DNA of 64,000 nucleotides from a virus (IMGVR_UViG_3300011113_000287:1-64000), one strand, 5' to 3'; counted from the first letter of the stretch, positions 1 through 10,161 are shown. Translations and numbers: made by a program. The notes: a model not told the origin generated them from the sequence alone.

Positions 1-86
1 TCTAAGACAAACTTGATTAGCCATCCAATACCAGCCCCAATTACGGGAACGGCTGCGACGACGATTGCAACCCATGCTTCGTTCAT
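1..86 (-). CDS. Partial small membrane protein (5' end; runs off the window)
   Basis: Manual translation MNEAWVAIVVAAVPVIGAGIGWLIKFVL; the ATG overlaps the stop of the upstream ORF; one hydrophobic helix. Confidence 0.6.
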   Translation of the reverse strand, partial: MNEAWVAIVVAAVPVIGAGIGWLIKFVL

Positions 87-646
87 GCCAACCGACCAAA
101 CCCAATCCCACGGTCTTTTGGTCCAAACGCCTCACCACGAAGTTCCCTAATTTCCTGATAGTCCAGTTTTCGTTGCAAGTCAAGTTCGTTAATATTTTGA
201 GGGTTTGACTTGTTGTACACGTTGATTGCCTTGGAACGCATACGGGCGGTGTCAATAAAACGAATTCGTGGAGAAACTCCAGCACCTTTTATCTTGGTAA
301 AAGGACGATGCGATTTAAAAGCGTCGGTTGGTTCTTGCATGACCTTGGCACTGCTGGATTCACGACGGGCAGACTGGTAACCGCCACCAATGAAACCAAC
401 ACGACGACCACTGTCATTCTTGGCAAACTTGTTTTTAAAGTTGTAGTCGTACCCAAGGTTCTTGTGGGAGTGCTGGCTTCCGTAAAACTCCGACCAACGA
501 GCCTTTCTCATTGCCGAAAAATCATACAAACCACCACCCTGGTACGACCCAGCAATGGGGATACCAGACAAAGAGGTGGTTAGCGGGATGATGACCCTTC
601 GTGGGTCGGCACTTCTACCTGACGGCGAGCCACCGTAACTAGCCAC
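83..646 (-). CDS. Hypothetical basic protein
   Basis: 187-aa ORF in the terminase operon, GTG start. Confidence 0.65.
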   Translation of the reverse strand: MASYGGSPSGRSADPRRVIIPLTTSLSGIPIAGSYQGGGLYDFSAMRKARWSEFYGSQHSHKNLGYDYNFKNKFAKNDSGRRVGFIGGGYQSARRESSSAKVMQEPTDAFKSHRPFTKIKGAGVSPRIRFIDTARMRSKAINVYNKSNPQNINELDLQRKLDYQEIRELRGEAFGPKDRGIGFGRLA

Positions 647-668
647 AACCGTTACCTATTTAAGGTAA

Positions 669-1076
669 TCAGTCGGAAACGACTGTTGGATTCGGCCTGT
701 TCATGTGAGAACCACTGTTCATCTCAATCTCAAAGGTCGGCATGCCATCGCCAGACATTGCACCAGTCACAAAGTCTTGGAGGAGGGCAGGAGCCTCAAT
801 CCACGAAGCAGAGCCGACGTGGGCACGCTCACGCATGGTGTCCTCTGGGTGCTTGTAGAACATCTCAGGATTGTTGTGGTTCTGACGCATTGGGGACGAG
901 GCAGTGTCATAGTACGCACCGATTGAGAAATCGTTTGGAACGTCGGTGTCGGTTGCGACACCTTCCTCAAAGCGGAGCGGTCCCTTGTTCATTGGGATGC
1001 TCGGAGCCATGGTGCGCTGGAACATAATTTCCCTGCGCCCACTCTCAGGGTACGGGTTCTGCGGGGCAATTGACAT
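669..1076 (-). CDS. Hypothetical protein downstream of terminase, possibly virion-associated
   Basis: Likely start MSIAPQNPYPE; contains GPLRFEEGVATDTDVP. Confidence 0.65.
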   Translation of the reverse strand: MSIAPQNPYPESGRREIMFQRTMAPSIPMNKGPLRFEEGVATDTDVPNDFSIGAYYDTASSPMRQNHNNPEMFYKHPEDTMRERAHVGSASWIEAPALLQDFVTGAMSGDGMPTFEIEMNSGSHMNRPNPTVVSD

Positions 1077-1156
1077 GTTGCTGGTCGGGTCTTGCATTTG
1101 TGAATCCTCCAAAGGTGGATGTTTATTACTTCTACTTTACCACTTTTGAATACAAA

Positions 1157-2752
1157 TTACCGATAAAACGGAGAAAGACCGACCTGGACTTCTGGCATGG
1201 TTTCATGGACCGTCATAGCACAAGCAAGTGCCAGTGAATCTGGGTAGTCGTCAAAAGCGCCCTTTTCATCTGGGGCGGCAGCCAAAAGGTATGGACCTTT
1301 GTAAACCTTTTCAAGGTCAGCCATCTGTTGAGCGAATTTCTTCCAGTTTCGTGTACGCCGTGCCTTGGCATGGGCTGGTATCACCAACTGGTCACGTTGT
1401 ATAAGTTCCGTCAAATGAACCCATCTTTCGTGCTGAGCCTTGGAATCCGAACTCATAGCAATAACTTCTATATCGGGAAGCAACAGTTGCAAACGTTCTG
1501 CCACCGCACCACCGACTCCCTGTGAGTCCACACCAACACGTAGTATTTCGTAATGACGCAAGAAGTCAACAATTTCAAAATACTGTTGTTCCCATTCTTG
1601 GTTGTTGATTTCCAACCAGTTAAGAACACGGTGTTCATAAAATCCAAAGGGGTCTGGATGTTGCCAGTCAACCCATACCACGGTAACTACGGTGGAGTCC
1701 GTGGACCTGGCTACGTCAATACCAGCAACCAGTGGACTTCTCCACCATTCTTTTACCAACGGCATAGACACATCAAACAATCTTTGCAGACGTTCTTCAG
1801 TAACAAACATTCCCTTTTCAAGAATCCATTTGTTACAGTACGACATTTGGAACTCGTCTGAGTCCTCGCCAATACGGACTCGTTCTTTGGAAATGAATTT
1901 ACCGTAATTATTGTTGTACTTGGATGCCACACGCCAGTCGTATTCAAAGTGGGCTTGTCGGTTCTTTTTTCCACCATTTACGTTTCTTCGTTTATTAAAC
2001 TGAATCATCTTGTAAAAATAAGATTTGTTCCTAGACGCCGTTCCTGTCAAACAAATGGTGCCGTTGTTGAACGCCAACATTGGTTTGATGGATTTGGTAA
2101 TGACAAACTCGTCTGCTTCCTGACATTCGTCCACCAAGACAAAATGGTAGGTTTTTGACTCAATTTTGGCTTTGGGGTTGCATGTCTGCATTCGGCAAAG
2201 TGACCCAGCGTTTTTGAGAGTGATAATCTTGCCTTTTCCACGAGCACCTCCCGACGCTGCTTTGTCGTCAATTTCAGGGTCAAGGAGAAAGTTAAGGGCG
2301 TGCTCGCTTGTAAGTTTGGTGACAATTCGGCTGAATACCGTATCGGCTTGGTCTTCGGTTGGGGCAAACACTCCGCACCAAAAGCCCCTCTCAAACTTAT
2401 CCAACCAGGTTGGATATACAGGAGCCAATTTGGGAAGAATGACCATCATTGATGCCATCACCCCCGACAACACTTCCGACTTTCCAGACTGACGGCAGCC
2501 AATCACCGTTACTTCGTCACCGTCTCCCAAGATTATTGACTCAATCAAACGGTAGGCAATAGGCACTTGGTACGGGAAGAACTCAATATCGCAGAATTCT
2601 TCAGTAAATAGAATGAGTTTCTTGACCAATTGGTCTACGAATTCTTCAGAGGCTTCGTCTAATTCTGGAGATAGTTCCTCAATGTCTGGAACTTCGTTTT
2701 CCAGGTCTTCAGTAGTTTCTAGGTCTTCAACTGTTTCGCTCACGGGAAGCAA
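1157..2752 (-). CDS. terL: Terminase large subunit
   Basis: Walker A GCRQSGKS, Walker B VLVDECQ, motif III LTGT, RNase H-like nuclease AGIDVAR and C-terminal DDYPDS. Confidence 0.95.
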   Translation of the reverse strand: MLPVSETVEDLETTEDLENEVPDIEELSPELDEASEEFVDQLVKKLILFTEEFCDIEFFPYQVPIAYRLIESIILGDGDEVTVIGCRQSGKSEVLSGVMASMMVILPKLAPVYPTWLDKFERGFWCGVFAPTEDQADTVFSRIVTKLTSEHALNFLLDPEIDDKAASGGARGKGKIITLKNAGSLCRMQTCNPKAKIESKTYHFVLVDECQEADEFVITKSIKPMLAFNNGTICLTGTASRNKSYFYKMIQFNKRRNVNGGKKNRQAHFEYDWRVASKYNNNYGKFISKERVRIGEDSDEFQMSYCNKWILEKGMFVTEERLQRLFDVSMPLVKEWWRSPLVAGIDVARSTDSTVVTVVWVDWQHPDPFGFYEHRVLNWLEINNQEWEQQYFEIVDFLRHYEILRVGVDSQGVGGAVAERLQLLLPDIEVIAMSSDSKAQHERWVHLTELIQRDQLVIPAHAKARRTRNWKKFAQQMADLEKVYKGPYLLAAAPDEKGAFDDYPDSLALACAMTVHETMPEVQVGLSPFYR

Positions 2753-2957
2753 TCTCCTTGTGAAGATTGTTCAAAATCTCCATTAACTCATCAAGTTGTT
2801 CAAGACCAGCACCGTGATGACGGTAACGGTCAAAGGAAGCGCCCAGTTCCATTATGGTTGTGTTAAACCAATCCAACAACGAGGGCTTGTCCAAACGTGT
2901 AATTCGTGCTGGAATATTGGCGGAATCTTTCTGCTTGCGCCAGATGCCTAGAGCCAT
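2727..2957 (-). CDS. Hypothetical helical protein upstream of terL
   Basis: 76-aa ORF overlapping its neighbours. Confidence 0.6.
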   Translation of the reverse strand: MALGIWRKQKDSANIPARITRLDKPSLLDWFNTTIMELGASFDRYRHHGAGLEQLDELMEILNNLHKEIASRERNS

Positions 2958-3361
2958 TCTCGTATCTCCTTTGGTCGGTAATGAAGGCGGCGTCCTTTAA
3001 CGGCACGCATCAAACCCTCCGCTTCGTTTTCTGTTCTATTCCTTCTACAAAACCCTATTTGAAACGAGTGTTTACCAATTCCAATTTGCAACCCACGACC
3101 AGTTCTCCAGGGAGAGTCGGTTTCTCGCATGAATGCAATAGAAAGCGAAAACCCTTTATGGGTGTCACGGGTAACCCAATAAACAAACCCAACTCCCTGG
3201 ACAAGGTTTAACGTGTCTTTAAAAACGTGTATACCACAAGCGACTGAAAGAATACTGTACCCAAGGAACATCCACAATTGCCACGTAAAAAGTGCCCACC
3301 ATGACAGCGTAAACGACAAAACGAATGTCCAAAAAACACCGTAGCCAACTATTTTGTTCAT
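2948..3361 (-). CDS. Membrane protein
   Basis: Two N-terminal hydrophobic segments. Confidence 0.6.
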   Translation of the reverse strand: MNKIVGYGVFWTFVLSFTLSWWALFTWQLWMFLGYSILSVACGIHVFKDTLNLVQGVGFVYWVTRDTHKGFSLSIAFMRETDSPWRTGRGLQIGIGKHSFQIGFCRRNRTENEAEGLMRAVKGRRLHYRPKEIREWL

Positions 3362-3364
3362 TGA

Positions 3365-3952
3365 CTACAGTCTAATGCCTGCGGAGTCCGTTCCACTATT
3401 GGCTGGAAAATCGGAGAACTGGTCGGCAAATGGTGTCTCGCTCGCTGGACGGTATCCGTATCCATTGAGCGTAGTATTGATAAAATGTCCTTTTGAATTA
3501 CTTGCTGCAAACTGTTGATAGATAGCCGCATCAACTGGCCCATATACCCAATCTGGACCACGCCTACCGTTCTTGTGAAACCGAACAAGTACGTAACCCA
3601 TTTTGGCTCCGTATAAATCAAACATGGGCTGGTCAAGTACAAACTTGTGCGAACAAAGGCGGGTACTGCCAGCGGGTCCTTGACCGTAGTTTGTTGGATT
3701 GTCTGGCTTGTTTGCTATTTGTGCAACAGGCACAGTATTGAAAATAGAAGTATCAATATCCTGAACTGGTCTATCGCCCTCAACTACGGGACGACCCTCT
3801 TCGTCTAAAGCAACACCACCAGTAATACGAGCACCAGCAATTCGGCGCTTTCGCTCTTCCTCACGCTTGAGGATATCAGACATGCCTTCTTCAAGGCGTT
3901 CGGTCAGGTTATAACGACCTGCCCCATGAAGTCCTGGTCTACGACGTGGCAT
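3365..3952 (-). CDS. KTSC-domain-like protein
   Basis: C-terminal VRFHK...WVYGPVDAAIYQQFAASNSKGHFINTTL matches the KTSC pattern (Y.Y..V....y..f..A.SKG.f.n). Confidence 0.7.
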   Translation of the reverse strand: MPRRRPGLHGAGRYNLTERLEEGMSDILKREEERKRRIAGARITGGVALDEEGRPVVEGDRPVQDIDTSIFNTVPVAQIANKPDNPTNYGQGPAGSTRLCSHKFVLDQPMFDLYGAKMGYVLVRFHKNGRRGPDWVYGPVDAAIYQQFAASNSKGHFINTTLNGYGYRPASETPFADQFSDFPANSGTDSAGIRL

Positions 3953-3969
3953 AGACTATATTTTACCAG

Positions 3970-4230
3970 TTACTCCTCAAGTGGGTCGGTTACTGCTGGT
4001 GCGACGAATACATCGTTCACCGCATCATAGATGTCACCGATACCAGCGTATTTGCCACGGAAGTTGGCGTTGTAGGAAGTTTGTCGCCATTCGCCTGCGA
4101 GTCCGAGTGACGCTAGGAACGCTTGACCGATAGGTTCGCTCTCAGGGTAAGTTCCGCCACCGCAGTCGTCGTTAGATACGACGATGACCTGTTGAACGAT
4201 GCCGTTGGATACTTGTGCGAAGTGAGCCAT
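3970..4230 (-). CDS. Small partner protein of Gly-rich fibre protein (copy 2)
   Basis: MAHFAQVSNGIVQQVIVV...WRQTSYN...YAGIGDIYDAVNDVF; directly follows a Gly-rich gene. Confidence 0.75.
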   Translation of the reverse strand: MAHFAQVSNGIVQQVIVVSNDDCGGGTYPESEPIGQAFLASLGLAGEWRQTSYNANFRGKYAGIGDIYDAVNDVFVAPAVTDPLEE

Positions 4231-4232
4231 AG

Positions 4233-5096
4233 TCAGACCTTGAACCTAACAAGAACGATACCTGAGCCACCTTGACCTGCGCTATTGGTATTGGAGACAT
4301 TGTTGCCGCCACCACCGCCGCCTGTGTTTGTTGACCCGCTTGCGCCAGCATTCCCACCACCACCAGAACCACCCGTTCCCGATGTTCCACCACCTGAGCC
4401 TCCGCCTGCGTAACGAGTAGTTCCTGCGCTTTCACCACGAAACGATGAAGCATCGTATCCTGTGCCACCTGTGCCGCCGACACTAGAACTTCCGCCATCA
4501 GAACCGTTACCGCCGCCACCGCCGCCGCCACCACCGCCAAAACTTGTCGTAACTCCACCAGCATTCCCTCCGTTACCGCCTTGCTGACCCGCCCTACCTG
4601 TACCACGAGCGTCAGCAGTTTGTCCACCACCACCGCAACCGCCAACATAGCCTGAGCCTGCGTCGGCGGCGCCAGCATTGACATAACGCATACCAGCACC
4701 ACCACCACCACCGACTGCGGTAATCGGGCGATTAGCCAGCGTTCCTATTCCAGAAACACCGCCGTTCGTTTGGACTGCGCCGCCGCCGCCAACTGTAACT
4801 GTTGCGTTTGCATCTAGATAAACAGTTTGAGTAACGACACCGCCACCACCGCCGCCGCCCATAAACGCTGTGATACTATTCTCTCCGCCACCTGCTCCAC
4901 CACCGACAACAAGAACATCAAACAGTCCAGCCTTCGTCACCGTAAGAGTTCCTGTTGCCGTGAAAGTGAGAAGCGTATAGTTCTGACCGCTCACCGTAAT
5001 CGGAGACGAAGTACCACCTGTCGCTGTGCCGTAGCCCTGCACCACAATCGTGTCCGTAGTTTGTGATGACACATAACCTAAATACGAACGAGTCAT
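4233..5096 (-). CDS. Glycine-rich virion fibre/decoration protein (copy 2)
   Basis: DVLVVGGGAGGG, poly-Gly tracts, C-terminal GGSGIVLVRF. Confidence 0.8.
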   Translation of the reverse strand: MTRSYLGYVSSQTTDTIVVQGYGTATGGTSSPITVSGQNYTLLTFTATGTLTVTKAGLFDVLVVGGGAGGGENSITAFMGGGGGGGVVTQTVYLDANATVTVGGGGAVQTNGGVSGIGTLANRPITAVGGGGGAGMRYVNAGAADAGSGYVGGCGGGGQTADARGTGRAGQQGGNGGNAGGVTTSFGGGGGGGGGGNGSDGGSSSVGGTGGTGYDASSFRGESAGTTRYAGGGSGGGTSGTGGSGGGGNAGASGSTNTGGGGGGNNVSNTNSAGQGGSGIVLVRFKV

Positions 5097-5317
5097 TCCA
5101 CTACCTCACTAACAGGCGAAACAAACTTGTCGGTAACAGCATCATAAAGCCAGCCCTTAGAGCAGTAGCCACGACCAGAGTTATCACGGAAGCACTCAAT
5201 CCACAACGATGAATCGCCGTATCGTTCAGGATTCGCCGTCAAGAACCCCCAAGTTACAACATGAACATCGGTGACAATGCCGTTCTCAACCTTTGCGAAA
5301 GTCGTTGGCTCGCTCAT
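5093..5317 (-). CDS. Small partner protein of Gly-rich fibre protein (copy 1)
   Basis: FAKVENGIVTDVHVV...GWLYDAVTDKFV; paralogous to 3970-4230. Confidence 0.7.
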   Translation of the reverse strand: MSEPTTFAKVENGIVTDVHVVTWGFLTANPERYGDSSLWIECFRDNSGRGYCSKGWLYDAVTDKFVSPVSEVVE

Positions 5318-6198
5318 ACCTTGAACCTCACCCAAACTTTGCCAGCCGCACCAGCACCACCAGCGACATCAAAATAACTGCCGCCACCACCTGAACCTGC
5401 AGTAGTCGCAGCATTACCCGTACCGCTAGTTTTACCTGCCACACCGCCTGTACCTGCAGCGCCGCCTGTACTTTGTGCGCCACCGCCACCACCTGCAGCA
5501 ATGTTGTCGGTACTTGCGCTAGTTCCCCAAGACGAAACATCTATGCCGTTGCCACCTGAGCCGCCAACTCCAGAAGTCGCATTACCGCCGACGGACGCAT
5601 AGCCTCCGCCTCCGCCTGCGCTATTGCTAAATGCGCTAGTGCCACCGTCATTGCCGAATGTTTCATCTACCGACTGTCCAACAGGTGACAAAGATGCACT
5701 ACCGTTGCCACCACCTGAGCCGCCGTCACCTGCCGTTGGGGTTGCACCAGAGTTGTTACTGCCTGACCCGCCGCCACCAGCGCAAGCACTAATCACGCTG
5801 CCGATGTACGAAGCCGCACCAGGGTTGCCAAAGTTAGCGCCACCAGCACCACCAGCACCAACATCAACAGCGTAAGTACCAGCCGCAAGATAAATCGTCG
5901 TCGTGCTAGCGAATCCGACAAGCGCACCAGCGCCACCGCCACCACCTGCAGTTGAACTCGTGCCTCCGTTTCCGCCGCCGCCTCCGCCACCACCACCGAC
6001 CAACAGCACATCAAACAAACCAGACTTAGAAACAACAAGGTTGTCATCAGATGAAAAGGTCAGCACCGTGTAGTTCTCTCCACCGATAGTGCGAGACGCA
6101 GAAGTTCCACCCGTAGCCGCACCATAAGCGTTCATAGCGATAACGCTCTGTGTCGTTAGTGATGACACATATCCAAGTTGCCGACGAGCCGTAGCCAT
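5314..6198 (-). CDS. Glycine-rich virion fibre/decoration protein (copy 1)
   Basis: DVLLVGGGGGGG, C-terminal GKVWVRFKV; paralogous to 4233-5096. Confidence 0.8.
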   Translation of the reverse strand: MATARRQLGYVSSLTTQSVIAMNAYGAATGGTSASRTIGGENYTVLTFSSDDNLVVSKSGLFDVLLVGGGGGGGGGNGGTSSTAGGGGGAGALVGFASTTTIYLAAGTYAVDVGAGGAGGANFGNPGAASYIGSVISACAGGGGSGSNNSGATPTAGDGGSGGGNGSASLSPVGQSVDETFGNDGGTSAFSNSAGGGGGYASVGGNATSGVGGSGGNGIDVSSWGTSASTDNIAAGGGGGAQSTGGAAGTGGVAGKTSGTGNAATTAGSGGGGSYFDVAGGAGAAGKVWVRFKV

Positions 6199-6201
6199 CA
6201 G

Positions 6202-6564
6202 TTACACCTCAATACGATTTACAAACCCGTGAATCGTAATCACATTCGCAGTCGCAGCAAACGCACGAACAACCAACGCAGTCGCATTACCCTTAATCAA
6301 AAGTCCAGGAGCAACGGTCACCAGACCAGCCTCAGGCTGAACAGTCAACTCAATGTGGTCATCGGGACTGCCAGTGCCACCCCACTCAATCGTAAGTTTG
6401 ACTGCTGATGCAGAAGTGTTCATCGCATACAGCCAAATCTCATCGTAGGTTGTTGCGGTTGCTGAACCAGTGTGAATCGTCGTGCCAGTCGTAGCGGTTG
6501 CAGCAACTTTAATTGCCCTACCGTCCGTAGAACCACTCAATGTGAGTTTGTTGTAACTTGCCAT
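6202..6564 (-). CDS. Small beta-rich structural protein
   Basis: 120 aa, strong AGGAG RBS, within the fibre cluster. Confidence 0.65.
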   Translation of the reverse strand: MASYNKLTLSGSTDGRAIKVAATATTGTTIHTGSATATTYDEIWLYAMNTSASAVKLTIEWGGTGSPDDHIELTVQPEAGLVTVAPGLLIKGNATALVVRAFAATANVITIHGFVNRIEV

Positions 6565-6593
6565 GGTATCTCCTAATCGTTAATTATAGCAGT

Positions 6594-7061
6594 TTAACTG
6601 AAAACTTGTACTTGTAAAACGTCTACTCCGCTTACAGCGGCCCACTGTACTCCAGAACCAGTTGTTTGAAGATAAAAGCCGTTTGTTCCAGCGCTTCCCC
6701 CAGCAGTCAAAGTGCCCGTAAGCGTAGCACCACTCAATGTCTTATTTGTTAATGTTTGTGTTGTATCTGTGCCCACAACCGTAGTTGTGGCATCTGGAAG
6801 AGTAATTGTTCTATCGGCAGTAGGGTTTGTAACTGTTAAAGTGGTTTCAAAAGCGTCTACGGACGAACCTTCAAAAATAATACTTGTGTCAAACTCGTTA
6901 CTTCCACCAGCATACGCCAATGCAGTCCACGCAGATGAACCGTTACCAATTTTAAACTTGCCCGTGTCGCTTTCAAACGCAGGTTCTCCAGCAGCCAGTA
7001 CTGGGTTTGATGCCGTCCATTGAGCGGCTGTTCCTCGTCGTAATTGAATTGTGGCTGCCAT
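6594..7061 (-). CDS. Mtd_N (major tropism determinant N-terminal) domain fibre protein
   Basis: IQLRRGTAAQWTASNPVLAAGEPAFESDTGKFKIGNG signature. Confidence 0.85.
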   Translation of the reverse strand: MAATIQLRRGTAAQWTASNPVLAAGEPAFESDTGKFKIGNGSSAWTALAYAGGSNEFDTSIIFEGSSVDAFETTLTVTNPTADRTITLPDATTTVVGTDTTQTLTNKTLSGATLTGTLTAGGSAGTNGFYLQTTGSGVQWAAVSGVDVLQVQVFS

Positions 7062-7420
7062 TACACGGTTCCTCCGTCAACTGTTGCTTCTACTGTATCA
7101 ATATATATTTCGGCTTCCAACACTCGCACATTTTCGGCACCACCATCAATTGAGGTAAGAGAGCCAAGACCTCCTACAGTTACTTGGTCGGCGCCAATAT
7201 ACAAATCGGCAACTACCAACGTATCATCTGTTTTAAGAGTATTGGCTGCGTGGCGGTACAAATTAACATCGCCAGTGGCAGAACCGCTACCCCAGGTAAG
7301 TTTTCCACCTGCATCAACAACAAGCCTTGCTTGCGTTTCCCCGTTTACGCCAACGTCTACGGCTGTAGAAGCAGCAGAACTGAATTTGCGTGCGCTAATT
7401 CTTTGTAGAAATGATGGCAT
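7061..7420 (-). CDS. Putative tail/fibre-associated protein
   Basis: GKLTWGSGSATGDVNLYR motif of fibre shafts; DGG motifs. Confidence 0.6.
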   Translation of the reverse strand: MPSFLQRISARKFSSAASTAVDVGVNGETQARLVVDAGGKLTWGSGSATGDVNLYRHAANTLKTDDTLVVADLYIGADQVTVGGLGSLTSIDGGAENVRVLEAEIYIDTVEATVDGGTV

Positions 7421-7466
7421 CGGGCCTCAACCTTTTGCTAAATAAGTGCCCCGCAGGGCTATGTTA

Positions 7467-8921
7467 TTAACCGATAATAGTTACACGATACTGATTGCTG
7501 GACGGAGCCGTCGCAAAACCAACCGTGACCGTATTGACAGTCGTCAACTCAACGTCTGCCAAAACTACTCCGTAAGGAGTTCCCTTTTCAGCAATCTGCA
7601 CCATGACATCACGGGTGTTTAGGTTGTGCGTAAGTGTGAAGGAGGTTGCCGATGCATCACCTACGTCAAACGCCAGTTTCTGCGGAAGGGTAGCACTTGC
7701 ATTTGCCGCACTTGCGCCAAGGTTAACACGAGCAGCCGAAGCAGTGGTTGCACCAGTGCCGCCGTACGCAACAGCAACAGCAGTGCCATTCCAAGTTCCC
7801 GTAGTGACCGTACCAAGAGTGGTGATGGTGTTTTGACCAGCGTAGTTGCTTGCAATGGCAACTGCGGCAGACGAGCCTTCACCAGGCGTGTGTGTAACAG
7901 TAATTCCCGTGCCAGCGGTGACATCGGCAACATAGTTTCCAGTCGTGTCAGTGCCAAGAGCAACGGAGTTTGCAGCAATTGAAACAACTCCAGTATCAGA
8001 AACGGTAACGTCTCCAGAAAGTGTCGTGTAAGTCGGTACACCACTTGAGTTAGCAAGGACAACTTGTGCGGAACTTCCCGAAGCAAGTTTGGAAAGCGCA
8101 ATTGCAGCAGAAGCGCTGATATCACCGTTGACAATCGTGGAATCGGCAATCATTGCCGACGTGACCGTCCCAGTGTCACTGGTTCTGACTACACCAGTAA
8201 TTGCTCCAGTGCTTCCGTTGACAGACGTGACACCAGTGTTGCTGATGGTGGCAGTAGACCCTTCGCCTGGTGTGTGCGAGACACTGATACCAGTGCCAGC
8301 AGCAACATCCACCATGTAGTTGCCAGAAGTGTCCGTGCCAAGGTCAATGGCGTCGTTTACCCACGCTGTGCCATTCCATTTGAGGAAATGACCAGCAGCG
8401 TTGGATGTGATTGTGACGTCGCCAATATCGTCAAGAGCCGTAATACTTACAGCACCAACGTCATCAGCAGTGGCAATATTAGCAAAAGTGCTGCCAGTAC
8501 CAATTTGCCACTTGTCAGTGGTTTCATTCCAACGAAGTCCTGCGGCAGGGTCTCCACCACGATTAACCTCAATACCAGCATTAACACCAGCAGAAGCACC
8601 AGCAGAGTTGCTATTAAGAACAACAATATTGTCTTCAACGGTCAATGTTGCGGTGTTGACGGTAGTAGTATCACCTTGAACCGTCAAGTTTCCTGAAACA
8701 ATCAGGTCATTGAACGTAACGTTAGAAGTAGTTTCAAGGGTCTGTGCGCCAATTGCCAACGTCTTCCACGCACTGCCCGTGTAGATTTTAAGAGTATTAG
8801 AAGTTGTATTGTAGTAAATTTGACCCGCTACTGGACTGGATGGGTCGGCAGAGAGGTTTTGTACCTTTGCATTACGCAATTCATTTTTGTTTAGGTCAAT
8901 ATTATTGACAAAAAGAGGCAC
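7467..8921 (-). CDS. Tail fibre-like protein
   Basis: Ala/Gly/Ser/Thr-rich; internal repeat LGTDTxGNYxxDVxAGTGIxVxHTPGEGS (twice); C-terminal THNLNTRDV module. Confidence 0.8.
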   Translation of the reverse strand: MPLFVNNIDLNKNELRNAKVQNLSADPSSPVAGQIYYNTTSNTLKIYTGSAWKTLAIGAQTLETTSNVTFNDLIVSGNLTVQGDTTTVNTATLTVEDNIVVLNSNSAGASAGVNAGIEVNRGGDPAAGLRWNETTDKWQIGTGSTFANIATADDVGAVSITALDDIGDVTITSNAAGHFLKWNGTAWVNDAIDLGTDTSGNYMVDVAAGTGISVSHTPGEGSTATISNTGVTSVNGSTGAITGVVRTSDTGTVTSAMIADSTIVNGDISASAAIALSKLASGSSAQVVLANSSGVPTYTTLSGDVTVSDTGVVSIAANSVALGTDTTGNYVADVTAGTGITVTHTPGEGSSAAVAIASNYAGQNTITTLGTVTTGTWNGTAVAVAYGGTGATTASAARVNLGASAANASATLPQKLAFDVGDASATSFTLTHNLNTRDVMVQIAEKGTPYGVVLADVELTTVNTVTVGFATAPSSNQYRVTIIG

Positions 8922-8933
8922 GATTTCTCCAGT

Positions 8934-9263
8934 CTATGAAATGTAGGCTTTTCCGCCAAAGGCTGAACTAAAGTTTATCACAAGTTGGTTCTCGGAAATA
9001 AACGTCACATCTCCGTAAACCTTACTACCAGCACTATCTACAATGGAAACGCCACCTGGGTAGTAACCTAAATTGTGAGTAATTGTCCACGAAGCAGAAG
9101 CCGTTGCTTGGGTATGCACATGGGTGATGCTGGATGTAGGTATTGCTGAAGGACTTGAAACAACCACTGTTTCCGTGGGTTTTGCAATAATGACTGTTTT
9201 AGGGGACGCTTTAACAACTGCTGAGACCTTTGACTTTTTAGTAACTTGTACTATTCTGCTCAT
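8934..9263 (-). CDS. Small structural protein (HNLG module)
   Basis: HTQATASASWTITHNLGYYP...GKAYIS. Confidence 0.7.
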   Translation of the reverse strand: MSRIVQVTKKSKVSAVVKASPKTVIIAKPTETVVVSSPSAIPTSSITHVHTQATASASWTITHNLGYYPGGVSIVDSAGSKVYGDVTFISENQLVINFSSAFGGKAYIS

Positions 9264-9982
9264 ACAGGCGGGGTAGAAACCGAAGCCTCTACAACAAGAG
9301 TTCCTTGTGCAATACAATCCCAGTCCCCATTTGCGTCCTGTACAAACAAGTCAAAAACGTAAGAACCCGCCGCAATGGTGTTCATATCCGAAATGTGCAT
9401 TTCAAGAGTTGCACCAGCGCTTGGAATCAGATAACCACGACGGTTTGCTGCCAATCCAGAAATCGTTGCCTCACTTGGCTTACTGGCATACCAACGCAAA
9501 TCTAATACCGTAGTACCAGAAGAATTCTTTGCTTGCATGAAAGCGCTTTGGACCGTCAAGATATCGCCGTCGTCGTCCTGCCACGTAAATATTCTGCTGT
9601 AATCGGTGCGTTGCTTGTAGCGAATTTCCATCTCATCTACTTCCTGTGACGGGGTTACGGTTGCGTATGAAACGACTTCCATTATTCCATTTGCAACGGG
9701 TTGATACACTTTCTCGTTTAAACCAACCGTAACGTTTGCCCACACGTCCCAATTGAGCATGCCTTCTGGCAAGTCAATCGTTTCATCTTGACCAAGTGTA
9801 AGTTGAATAATGCCTTCTGGGGTAATAGTGGCATCAATTTGCTTTTTTGCAGTAGCGCTAGTAGCAATAAATGCCGAAGGCGTGTCAACGTTCACTCGGT
9901 AACGGGTCAGGTTACTTTTTACACAAATGAACCGTTTCCAGGGCAAACCACGTACAATTTTAAAACTTACATGGGTTGGCAT
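9260..9982 (-). CDS. Two-domain beta-sandwich structural protein (BppU-like adaptor)
   Basis: Two similar halves ending in WDVW and FDLFV..GTLVV; leaderless -10 TAAACT upstream. Confidence 0.55.
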   Translation of the reverse strand: MPTHVSFKIVRGLPWKRFICVKSNLTRYRVNVDTPSAFIATSATAKKQIDATITPEGIIQLTLGQDETIDLPEGMLNWDVWANVTVGLNEKVYQPVANGIMEVVSYATVTPSQEVDEMEIRYKQRTDYSRIFTWQDDDGDILTVQSAFMQAKNSSGTTVLDLRWYASKPSEATISGLAANRRGYLIPSAGATLEMHISDMNTIAAGSYVFDLFVQDANGDWDCIAQGTLVVEASVSTPPV

Positions 9983-9996
9983 TATCCTAGTTTACC

Positions 9997-10161
9997 TTAT
10001 TCTTCCTTCTTCAACATTGCGCCCAACATGTGAAAAAACAAGGAAGCGGCGGATATCCAGAGTCCCCATTTCAAGGTTTCTCCACTAAGCGTGATAAGCA
10101 CCATTCCAGTGCCGCCAAGCGTCCAAGCCAGAGCCAGAATCTCATCCACGAATTTCTTCAT
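9997..10161 (-). CDS. 54-aa two-TM membrane protein (not in the ORF track)
   Basis: MKKFVDEILALAWTLGGTGMVLITLSGETLKWGLWISAASLFFHMLGAMLKKEE; ATG overlaps the upstream TAA. Confidence 0.7.
   Translation of the reverse strand: MKKFVDEILALAWTLGGTGMVLITLSGETLKWGLWISAASLFFHMLGAMLKKEE

Noticed and set aside
6594-7061. Mtd_N as a sign of a diversity-generating retroelement
   Set aside because: No reverse transcriptase, template/variable repeat pair or C-type lectin tip is visible in the window.
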